A stretch of DNA of 30,780 nucleotides from Promethearchaeota archaeon (GTDB lineage: Archaea; Asgardarchaeota; Thorarchaeia; Thorarchaeales; Thorarchaeaceae): the NCBI GenBank assembly GCA_027031765.1, contig JALVPN010000146.1, positions 1 to 30,780 of the forward strand. Reading direction: 5' to 3'. Made by a program: the position numbers and the translations under genes. Under the pieces are notes generated by a model that saw only the letters and a program-made list of their open reading frames with translations, did no database searches and was not told where the DNA came from. Within the stretch, counting starts at the first letter, position 1. Every line of letters starts with the position of its first letter. Positions 8,973 to 17,700 of this stretch are shown here, one piece after another.

Positions 8973-10843
8973 CGTGAGGTGCCTCTCTTCGAGTGCTCCC
9001 CCTTCATCCTGACAATATCACGTTTTGGGATGGAGACCCTGAATGTTGGGAAGTCCGCTGGGTCAACGGACACCTTCCAGTCATGGGCCTCGACAACGCG
9101 CCTGACTATTGACAGGCCGCGTCCCCCACCAGCCTTCGTCGTGAACCCGGGTTCAAAGAGTCTTTTCCGGACTCTCGACGACAGGGGCGGGCCCTCGTTC
9201 TGGAACACGATGGAGACCACATTCCCCTCCTGCTCTGCATACACGCGGATCCATGACGGGTGCGTGTGCTCGACCGCATTGACCAGGAGGTTCTGTATCA
9301 CCCGGATGATGGTCTCTCTGTGACAGCGCACGACTGGTAGCGGCCCCTGTTCGTATGACACCTCCGGGGGTACAACAGCCTGGGCAATGCTGCGCGTGAT
9401 ACTGTCAAGGTCGACCTCAGACACCTCTCCGATTACGAGCCCGGCCTGTGCAAGCTCGCGGGACTGGGTCAGTATCCGGTCGGTCTCTCTTGCGAGCGAC
9501 ACGATCTCGTCCATGTAGCGAGGGTCGAAGGCCTCTTTTGCCAACTCCGCATATCCCATGATGCTCTGTAGCATGTTCTTGAGGTCGTGTGCCATGGCCG
9601 ATGCAAAGTCTTCCATCTCCTGTGCCCGGGCACGCAGAGCATCCACTATGCGTTGCTGCTCGGTGATGTCGAACAGGGACACGACGACCCGGTCCATGGG
9701 ACGCCTGTGGTCTGGGAGGACCCTGAGCCTGAGCACCACGTCCTTGAACCCGCCCGCTTGTACCGGGATGCGCGTGGTCACCTCGAACTTGCGTGAGCCC
9801 ACCCAGATTGCCTCGAACTCGTCGGTCAGCATTGCCGCAGAGTCGCGAGTATACAGGGTGCTCAGGCTGCCCAGCAGTGAGGTCCTGTCCTCCACGCCCA
9901 AGAGTTCAACTGTGGCCTGATTGACATCCACTATACGGACGAGTGACACGCACTTCTCCAGAGCGCCGGGGTTCTCCACAAAATGCTCCCGGAGTGAGGT
10001 CACACCCTGTGCTCTCAGCACATTGAAGTACTCCCACAGTTCGGAGAAGTCTTCGTACCATAGAGATACTGGGAGCAGGTCAAATGCAGCCTTGTAGTCG
10101 CTGGTCCGGAGCGGGAAGAACGCCCGTGCCCCACTTGCAAGAAACATGTACAAGACGGACACTGAGGAGCCACGAGTACTGCGGAGGACCATTGTGCTGG
10201 CCAGCATGGGGTTGCGGGTACCATCTGGGGCCCGGAGGACGACACGGTGCTGGATGAAGGAACATGATGGGAACACATCGGTCAGGGTCCCGTGGTCAAG
10301 TCCATGACCTGCCTCAAGGAGTTGGTTGATGTAGTACTCCTTGGTGTCGCTGCCAATGCCGAACAGAGTCCTGGCATTCTTGTTGAGGTACGTGCAAAGA
10401 CCAGTCTTGTTGGTCACGACCAGTGCAGTCGCTAGCTCGTCCCCAAACCACTTCATGATGGGCAGACGGACGTTCACCTTCAGTTCCCGGGGCAGACTGG
10501 AACGGACCGTCCGCACGACCTCGACACAGTCCCCTGCAGCTGACATTGCAGCAATGAACCACACGGGGCCCTCTGGGAAGCAACGCATCCGTGGGGCATA
10601 CGCGGCCGTGTCTGCAAACAGCGCGCACCACGCAGGAGGGGATACTCTCTCGACAGTGTCTACCATGTCTTGGGCTGCGTCGAGATCCTCACACCGGCCC
10701 ACGAGGCAGTCGTACTCATGTTGTCCGAGCGCCTCCTCGATGTCGGCAGACGTTGCAGTATGACACTCGAGGTCACGGATACACTGCTGGAGCAGTCCCC
10801 GGAACTCTTCTGCCGGGGAGCAGTCCCTGCCGACCAACAGCAC
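8969..10843 (-). CDS. Soluble sensor histidine kinase (degenerate REC - PAS - PAS - HisKA - HATPase)
   Basis: H-box FASAMAHDLKNMLQSIMGYAEL, N-box QNLLVNAVEH, LFEPGFTTKAGGGRGLSIV; PAS-like YLNKNARTLFG and VDVNQATVELLG. True start may be ATA at 10856-10858 (see findings). Confidence 0.9.
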   Translation of the reverse strand: MLLVGRDCSPAEEFRGLLQQCIRDLECHTATSADIEEALGQHEYDCLVGRCEDLDAAQDMVDTVERVSPPAWCALFADTAAYAPRMRCFPEGPVWFIAAMSAAGDCVEVVRTVRSSLPRELKVNVRLPIMKWFGDELATALVVTNKTGLCTYLNKNARTLFGIGSDTKEYYINQLLEAGHGLDHGTLTDVFPSCSFIQHRVVLRAPDGTRNPMLASTMVLRSTRGSSVSVLYMFLASGARAFFPLRTSDYKAAFDLLPVSLWYEDFSELWEYFNVLRAQGVTSLREHFVENPGALEKCVSLVRIVDVNQATVELLGVEDRTSLLGSLSTLYTRDSAAMLTDEFEAIWVGSRKFEVTTRIPVQAGGFKDVVLRLRVLPDHRRPMDRVVVSLFDITEQQRIVDALRARAQEMEDFASAMAHDLKNMLQSIMGYAELAKEAFDPRYMDEIVSLARETDRILTQSRELAQAGLVIGEVSEVDLDSITRSIAQAVVPPEVSYEQGPLPVVRCHRETIIRVIQNLLVNAVEHTHPSWIRVYAEQEGNVVSIVFQNEGPPLSSRVRKRLFEPGFTTKAGGGRGLSIVRRVVEAHDWKVSVDPADFPTFRVSIPKRDIVRMKGEHSKRGTSR

Positions 10844-10987
10844 TCGCAGTGGCGATATAGTAGCACCTCCGCCCCGGTCGTCCAGCCGTTTCAGCTGTGT
10901 CCTAGCGTGTCATCGCATATACCCGGTCCATCCATCCCGGTCTTGCTGACTGACCTTGCATTGACGAGAGTTACGATTACATAGCCG

Positions 10988-10996
10988 TTAATAAAA
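10988..10996. promoter_or_regulatory. AT-rich candidate TATA element in the divergent kinase/aminopeptidase interval
   Basis: TTAATAAAA (minus strand TTTTATTAA), the most AT-rich patch of the 344-bp gap. Confidence 0.35.
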
Positions 10997-11187
10997 GGTT
11001 CGTATTGCCGCTGCACTATGCGGACGACACAGGGACCGGGTGGAGTGGCTGTGAGCGATGCCTCCACACCAACGGGCGCTGACACTACACTTGTATCCCT
11101 GATACTGGCGTACGAGTGTCCCTCTTGTAGAGTGTGCTGTACGTGTGAGCCGGTTTCACAAGCGTTATGAAGAAGGGGTCATAGTCC

Positions 11188-12267
11188 ATGGCCGGTGCAG
11201 ATATGGACCCGCGAATAGAGGAACACGCAAGGATACTGGTGGACTGGAGCACTGAGGTCGCTCGCGGCGACATGGTGCTTGTCCGGGCCACACCAGAATC
11301 GCACGACCTGGCCGTCGCAGTCACACGCCGGGCCACTGAGAAGGGTGCACTGGTCATGGTCACAATGCAGAGTGACGAGGTGTCACGTGCATTCTTTGAC
11401 GCTGCAGACGACGAGACCCTCCAGATGGTGCCTAGGCATGCAAGGGCACTGGCCGACAGCGTCGACGTGGTGATATCTCTGGCGGCGCCCCTGAACACGC
11501 GGGCCCTCGCTAATGTTGACCCACGCAAGATGATGCTGGCGAGCAAGGCAACGCAGGAGATTGCTGACATCGTCCTTAAGAAGCGGTGGTGTGTCACGGT
11601 GCACCCGTGCCGTGCCCTGGCCCAGCAGGCCAACATGTCCCTTGAGGAGTACCAGGACTTTGTGTACTCTGCGACCCTGATTGACTGGGCTGCCGAGAGC
11701 AAGAACCTGTACCTGATGAAGGAACACCTCGAACGGCACACCGAGATACGCTATGTGGGCCCAGAGACCGACCTCTACGCGTCCACCGAGGGGAGGGTCT
11801 GGGTCGCTTCGGACGGCAAGCACAACATGCCCAGTGGCGAGGTCTTCACAGCCCCTGTAGAGGACAGCGTGGAGGGGAAGATATACTTCGACATACCGTT
11901 CATGTTCGGTGGCAGGGTCATCAAGGATGTCCGCCTCACCTTCGAGAAGGGACTGGTCGTCGACTACTCCGCAGGCCAGGGCGAAGAGAGCCTCAAGAGA
12001 ATCCTCGAGATTGACGAGGGCTCCTCGCGACTGGGAGAGATGGCCATCGGCACCAACCGCGGCATAAAGAAGTACACGCTCAACATGCTGTTCGACGAGA
12101 AGATTGGCGACACTGTGCACTGCGCCCTGGGACGGGCCTACGAGGAGTGTAACGGCCGGAACGAGAGCGCGGTACACGTGGACATGATAAAGACGATGCA
12201 CGAGGGAGAGGTCATAGCCGGGGACGAGGTGATATACTCGCACGGCAAGTACTTCTTCGAGATGTGA
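11188..12267 (+). CDS. M29 family (aminopeptidase T/II, AmpS-like) metalloaminopeptidase
   Basis: MDPRIEEHARILVDWS start (alternative ATG 11203), NMPSGEVFTAP, LGEMAIGTN, LFDEKIGDTVHCALGRAY, SAVHVDMI. Confidence 0.92.
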   Translation: MAGADMDPRIEEHARILVDWSTEVARGDMVLVRATPESHDLAVAVTRRATEKGALVMVTMQSDEVSRAFFDAADDETLQMVPRHARALADSVDVVISLAAPLNTRALANVDPRKMMLASKATQEIADIVLKKRWCVTVHPCRALAQQANMSLEEYQDFVYSATLIDWAAESKNLYLMKEHLERHTEIRYVGPETDLYASTEGRVWVASDGKHNMPSGEVFTAPVEDSVEGKIYFDIPFMFGGRVIKDVRLTFEKGLVVDYSAGQGEESLKRILEIDEGSSRLGEMAIGTNRGIKKYTLNMLFDEKIGDTVHCALGRAYEECNGRNESAVHVDMIKTMHEGEVIAGDEVIYSHGKYFFEM

Positions 12268-12548
12268 TGCGACACAGCTGCTATGCAGGCGCGACAGCAC
12301 AGCAGGAACGGCTCTGCAGCGAGCAGTAGTGTGGCGGTCACAGCAGGGTTCCACCCCACGGCGTCCTGAGAACTCCCGCAGCAGACAGGAGAACGGTTGA
12401 CATGGGGGACACTCCCTAACGTATGGACACGGTCGGCCACAGGTCGTAGTACTGGATGGCGTGCCGTCCTACCGCGCATACCGGAAGCCTTTACTCACGT
12501 CCTGCAGATATCCACCTGCACCAGACAACTGTCAAGGGGCACGCCAAG

Positions 12549-14588
12549 TTGGGAACTAAACAGTCCTACTGTCACAGGGGTCGGAAGGCTGCGCTGCTTG
12601 CATGTCTGTTGCTCTCCGTGTCCGTCGCAGGTACCACGGTTGCTGTAGCCGCCCCGGTCATGCCCGGTGCGAGTGCCAGCACCCCACTCCGCGGGCCGTA
12701 TCTAAACAGGATCAGGTACAGTGTCATTGAGGGCGAGTCGCAGCGCGTGAGTGCTCTCATCAATGGGGGGGTCGACGTGGTGGGCACACCCATTGCCAAT
12801 CGTGCCACGCGGTCTGCACTCCTGCAAGCGGAGAGGGTAATGCTGCTGAACGCGTCTGGTGGCTGCGTATACCTGGCCCCGCACATGGGCCAGTCGCCGT
12901 TCAACTACACGGCCTTCCGGAAGGCCGTGGCACTCGCGCTTGACAAGGAGAGGACGGCACGCGAGGTGTTCGGTGGATGGGCAGTCCCTGCAGACTCGTG
13001 GGTACCGATAGACAGCGGGTTCAGCAGCGACGGGATACTGGCAGATGACTACTACGACCAGGACATCGAGGCGGCAAACGCGCTCCTCGACAGGGCCGGG
13101 TTCTCAGTAGACCCGGTGACCGGGCTGCGCCGTGACCCACAGAACAGGTCGTTCACGGTCACGCTCGGGTATCCCTCGATGCTCACGCTCGGCAACGAAA
13201 CGGCACACATGGTGGCCGACGCACTTGAGGCACTTGATGTGGCGTATGCCATCGACAAGTTCTACGAGTGGTGGAGCCCACACTCGATCTGGTCGAAACA
13301 TAATGTGTTGCTGCTAGAAGACCGGTTCCCGGCGGACTCTGTCGAGTGGATGGCCTCTGAGTTCCATGAGGGGAGCAGTCACCAGCGTGACTATGTTGTT
13401 GATCCGGACTGGCAGAACGCGACCTACGAGACATTGACGCAGCAGCTACTGGGGTCATCGTCCTACGTCGGTGCCGTGGAGGCTGCAATCGAGATGCAGA
13501 GGGTCCTGGTAGAGGACTGCCCCGTGATTGTCTGCTGCCAGCTGCTACGGTCGTGGGCCCTCCGGACAGACAGGCTCAATGGGGCCCATATCGACCCGGG
13601 GGCCGGTATCATCAACTGGTGGACCGCACTTCAACTGCGCCTCAAGGGGGCGGGTGCGACAGCCCCTGCTGGTGAGGCAGAGGTATGTGCAGAGTCCGGC
13701 ATTACCGGGTTCAACTTCATGACTGCTGATGACTACAGCGCGGCTGTCATCCTCACAATGTACGACTGCCTCATGAGGGTGGGCCCAGACGGAACACTCA
13801 TCCCGTGGCTCGCCACCTCCTATACACTTGAGGGCCATGCTGACAACCCCGCTGTGCCTGCGGGCCACTTGCGTGCCACCTTCACACTGGTCGACAATGC
13901 TACCTGGTCCGACGGCGAGCTGCTGACCGCGGGCGATGTGACATTCAGCATCAACTACTATACCAGTGGCTCCCAGAACCCCTATGGGGAGGGACTTGAC
14001 CTCTACAGTGTCTACTCTCCGCATGAGGGGGTCGTCATTGTGGAGTTCTCCAGTGAGAACTACTGGGACTTCAGACAGGTGGCGCTCCTGCCAGTCCTAC
14101 CACAACACCAAATGGCAGACAGCAACCCTGACGACTGGCACTCGTGGCACCCTGCCCCCACAAATGGCACCCTGGTGGTGTCAGGGCCGTTCCATGTGGG
14201 CACATACTCCGAGAGCACCGGTGAGTGCACGATGGTGCGCACCGAGGACTACTTTTACAGGCTACCCCCGGCAACCTCCACGACCACAACAACAATTGCC
14301 ACGACCACAACGGTGACAACTACCGTCTCCACCACTACAACAACCTCCATCGTCACGACGACCGAGACCACAACGGTCACGACCAGCGAGAGCACCAGCA
14401 CTACCGGCACTACCGGCACGAGTACAACTGGCGGCAACAGCACGCTGACGCCACTCGGAGTTGTACTTGAAGTGGTGTTCTGGTCGAGCACCGCCATCAT
14501 CATGGTCTTCTCAGCACTAGTCCTGCACCACTACTGGCATGTGCGGAAAGGCCGCCTGTCCGTGACTAGACGACTGGAGGACCTGTAA
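12549..14588 (+). CDS. Family-5 (peptide/nickel type) ABC substrate-binding protein, circularly permuted, C-terminally anchored
   Basis: AFRKAVALALDK, YDQDIEAANALLDRAGF, LIPWLATSY, TFTLVDNATWSDGELLTAGDVTFS, SGPF; Thr-rich linker and TM. ORF track starts 12456; TTG 12549 with AAGGGG upstream preferred. Confidence 0.85.
   Translation: MGTKQSYCHRGRKAALLACLLLSVSVAGTTVAVAAPVMPGASASTPLRGPYLNRIRYSVIEGESQRVSALINGGVDVVGTPIANRATRSALLQAERVMLLNASGGCVYLAPHMGQSPFNYTAFRKAVALALDKERTAREVFGGWAVPADSWVPIDSGFSSDGILADDYYDQDIEAANALLDRAGFSVDPVTGLRRDPQNRSFTVTLGYPSMLTLGNETAHMVADALEALDVAYAIDKFYEWWSPHSIWSKHNVLLLEDRFPADSVEWMASEFHEGSSHQRDYVVDPDWQNATYETLTQQLLGSSSYVGAVEAAIEMQRVLVEDCPVIVCCQLLRSWALRTDRLNGAHIDPGAGIINWWTALQLRLKGAGATAPAGEAEVCAESGITGFNFMTADDYSAAVILTMYDCLMRVGPDGTLIPWLATSYTLEGHADNPAVPAGHLRATFTLVDNATWSDGELLTAGDVTFSINYYTSGSQNPYGEGLDLYSVYSPHEGVVIVEFSSENYWDFRQVALLPVLPQHQMADSNPDDWHSWHPAPTNGTLVVSGPFHVGTYSESTGECTMVRTEDYFYRLPPATSTTTTTIATTTTVTTTVSTTTTTSIVTTTETTTVTTSESTSTTGTTGTSTTGGNSTLTPLGVVLEVVFWSSTAIIMVFSALVLHHYWHVRKGRLSVTRRLEDL
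14274..14429 (+). repeat. Thr/Ser-rich low-complexity linker of the binding protein
   Basis: TSTTTTTIATTTTVTTTVSTTTTTSIVTTTETTTVTTSESTSTTGTTGTSTT before the TM helix. Confidence 0.9.
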
Positions 14589-14590
14589 AC

Positions 14591-14597
14591 TATATAA
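14591..14597 (+). promoter_or_regulatory. Candidate TATA box for the giant protease gene
   Basis: TATATAA immediately after the upstream stop codon, about 200 nt before ATG 14800. Confidence 0.45.
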
Positions 14598-14631
14598 TGC
14601 GCCACCCGAATGGTGAGGACCACCGACACGC

Positions 14632-14768
14632 TGTCACGTCATTGGTGAGACCCCGCAAGGAGAGTGGAACGGAGTCTACTACGGACGTACCGAGGTGCGG
14701 TGTCCCGTCCTATTGTGCACCGGGTAGTGGGCCGGGCCATCCGAGAATGACACCAGCATGACGTGACA
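14632..14768 (+). other. Inverted-repeat-bounded putative structured leader element
   Basis: TGTCACGTCAT (14632-14642) is the exact reverse complement of ATGACGTGACA (14758-14768); TGGTG/CACCA extends the stem after a 2-nt bulge. Confidence 0.4.
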
Positions 14769-14799
14769 CGGACGACCTAGTTCACAAGAGGCCTGACTG

Positions 14800-17700
14800 A
14801 TGGGAATCATGCGCGGGAAACTGTTGCTGATGGCGCTGATAGTGCCCCTCGTGCTGGCAGCGGGTCATGTCCCGACCCCCTACAGTGCCAATGGGACGGG
14901 CAGGGGCCTGGTCCACAGAGGGGTCGCGACACCTCATGACGAGAACCCGTACACGGCAGTGCCGGCCCCGGGAACCGCACTCCCCCAGGGACACGACGTA
15001 CTGGACCCTGTACGCATCATCGAACGGTCTGACCTCCCGACATTTGAGGAACAGAAAGCGAGGATCTTTGCGTCTGTGGACCAAGACTCTGACAAGGTAC
15101 ACGACCTGCTTGAGAGAGCGGTCAAGGAACGGGAGGCCAATGCAACTGCGGACGCACCAGTGGAGGTGATAGTCGCAGTGCGTGACGGGCAGCTCGACAG
15201 TGCCCTGACGTCGTTCGAGCACATTGGGGGCAATGTCACCCGGCGCTTTCAGGGCGCGTTCTACGGGTTTGCTGGTGTGATACCGTACTCTGCGGTGAAC
15301 ACTGTTGCCGCACTGGGCGATGTGGAGCTCGTAGAGCAGAACCAGAAGATGCACAGGTATTCAGATGTCAGTACACAGCTCACGAACGTCCGCTCATACG
15401 TCTGGGACACCCTCGGGTACACCGGAGACCCACAAGCGTCCATTGCGGTCCTTGATACGGGGATTGACGACACTCACACTATGCTCTCGCCCTATGCTTC
15501 CAAGGACTTTGTGAACGGCAAGATTGTGGGGTGGCACGATGCTACAGACGATGGGTCGACGAGCCCCGAGGACATGAACAGCCATGGCAGTCACTGTGCC
15601 GGCATTGCCGCCGGAAAGGAGTACAACTCCTCCAACGGTGACGGGCGGATAAGGACAACGTGGGGCATCAAGTACCAGCACACGGGTTCAGATGACGGCT
15701 ACTTCGTCTACTACATTGAGGTGAAGGCCGCCGGCACAATCGCCGTGACCACACTGTGGAGCGGGACAACAAATGTTACCAGCAATAGTGTGCTGTTGAA
15801 GAGCCCCAACGGCACGGTGGTCGACCAGGTGAACAACTCGGACCAGCAGCGCGAGCTGTCATACACTGCAAACGAGAACGAACTGGGCACCTGGTCAGTG
15901 TGGATAAATGTGTCGTTCCCCGGCCTTTCGGGCCAAGAGTTCAGGGCGGCAGGTATGAATGTCTACCCGTACGACTCTCCCACGGACGGTCACCAGAGGT
16001 TCAGTGGCGTGGCGCCTGACACACGCCTCGTGAGTGTGAAGGTCTTTGACAACACGGGCTCTGGCTCCTCGACCGAACTCGTCGACGGCCTGAACTGGGT
16101 CTACAACAATGCCGAGGCGTACCACATAGTCGTGGCGTCGATGAGCCTCGGCTTCTCGTCCACGGTGGCCTCTGTGGACAGCGCCACTGCGAACCTGGTA
16201 TCAAAGGGGATTGTCACCGTGGTGGCGGCAGGCAACGACGGACAGGGGGCGAACAACATCTACTCACCGGCCCATGTGGACGGGGTCATATGTGTTGGTG
16301 CTACTGGCGACCACAACCAGATCACCTCGTACTCGTCCGAAGGACCGGGGCACAGGAACACCATCAAGCCAGACCTCGCCGCCCCGGGTGGTGTCAGTTC
16401 GCAGGGTGCGGTCCTCTCGGTGGACTCGAACGACCAGGAGGCCGACGGGGCATTCGCCGAGCAGCAGACCAATGACATGGCATTGATGCAGGGCACCTCG
16501 ATGGCATGCCCGTTCGTTGCTGGCCTGTCGGCCCTGATGGCTGACGCAATGGGCGGATACCAGGGCTGGCAGTACGGCAGCACGGCACGACCATATACGG
16601 TCAAACAGCTGCTGCTGATGACGAGCTACGAGGTCTATGACCACCAGCGCGGGGCGAAGGACACTGTCGAGGGCTATGGGCGTGTCTGTGGAGGGGCTGC
16701 CCTTGAGGCGTACCTATATGCACACACCATCGGTACCCAACAGAGCGCGACAATCGATGCCGGTGACATTGGCAGGAAGGCCTGGGCACGCCACGTGAAC
16801 CTGACCTCCGGTATCAAGTACACGTTCAGTCTCCAAACACCCGATGGGGCGGACTACGACCTGTTCCTATATGACGGCAACTATGACACCTATGGTGAAC
16901 CCATACTCCTTGCGAAGTCCATCAACCCGGCACCGGGTGCGTCCGAACACATCACATTTACGCCTTCTTCCTCTGGGACGTACTATGTCGTCGTCAAGTA
17001 CGTCGCTGGCAATGGCGGCCAGTTCACATTCTCCAGCCAATCTGACACATCACTGCCAGACGTCAGCTTTCACAGTCCCACCAACGGACAGGAGCTCACC
17101 GGGGGGCTGACAGTGCAGGTCGCAGCCAATGGCACCGGGCTGACGAGCGTGGCGCTCCGCTTCTGGAACGACACGTGGGTGGACATCACTGACAACTACA
17201 ATACCGACACGGGGTACTACGAGTATACGATGAACGTCTCCTGTCTTGAGGCGGGCAACGTGACCTTCGTGGCCCGGGCCGTCAATGCTGCTGGTGAGAG
17301 CTACGCCTCTGTGAACACGTATGTCAGGGTCGGCGACCCCCACATCCTGCTTGTGGACGACGACAACGGTGCAGCCTTTGAGAAGTACTACGAGGCAGCA
17401 CTCACATCACTGGGCTATAGTGAGGGGAACGGGTTCAATGTCTGGGCCGTCACAAGTCAGGGCTCCCCATCAGCGGCCACACTGCAGTCCTACGAGATTG
17501 TCATCTGGTTCACCGGCGAGGACTACCAGACCACTCTGACTGGCACTGACCGCTCGAACATCCAGACCTTCCTCAATGGTGGCGGCAAGCTGTTCATCAG
17601 CGGCCAGGACATAGGCTACGACTCTGCGGACAGTGGCTGGGAGGCGTGGCTGCAGACGTACCTCCGTGCCGACTATATCAACTACAACAGCAATGGCAAC

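Noticed and set aside
10844-10918. In-frame ATG-CGA-TGA upstream of the kinase as a selenocysteine readthrough start
   Set aside because: The extension has no domain-like character and no SECIS was seen; the SD-supported ATA explains the N-terminus more simply.
12456-12548. N-terminal extensions in the ORF track (also 632-685, 6393-6434, 27594-27638, 27808-27837)
   Set aside because: Downstream start codons have well-spaced SD motifs and give family-typical N-termini.
14601-14768. Fluoride or other known riboswitch (ATGGTG ... ATGACACC)
   Set aside because: Spacing is about twice that of the fluoride aptamer, the core motifs are incomplete and the downstream gene is unrelated. Kept only as an unclassified structure.
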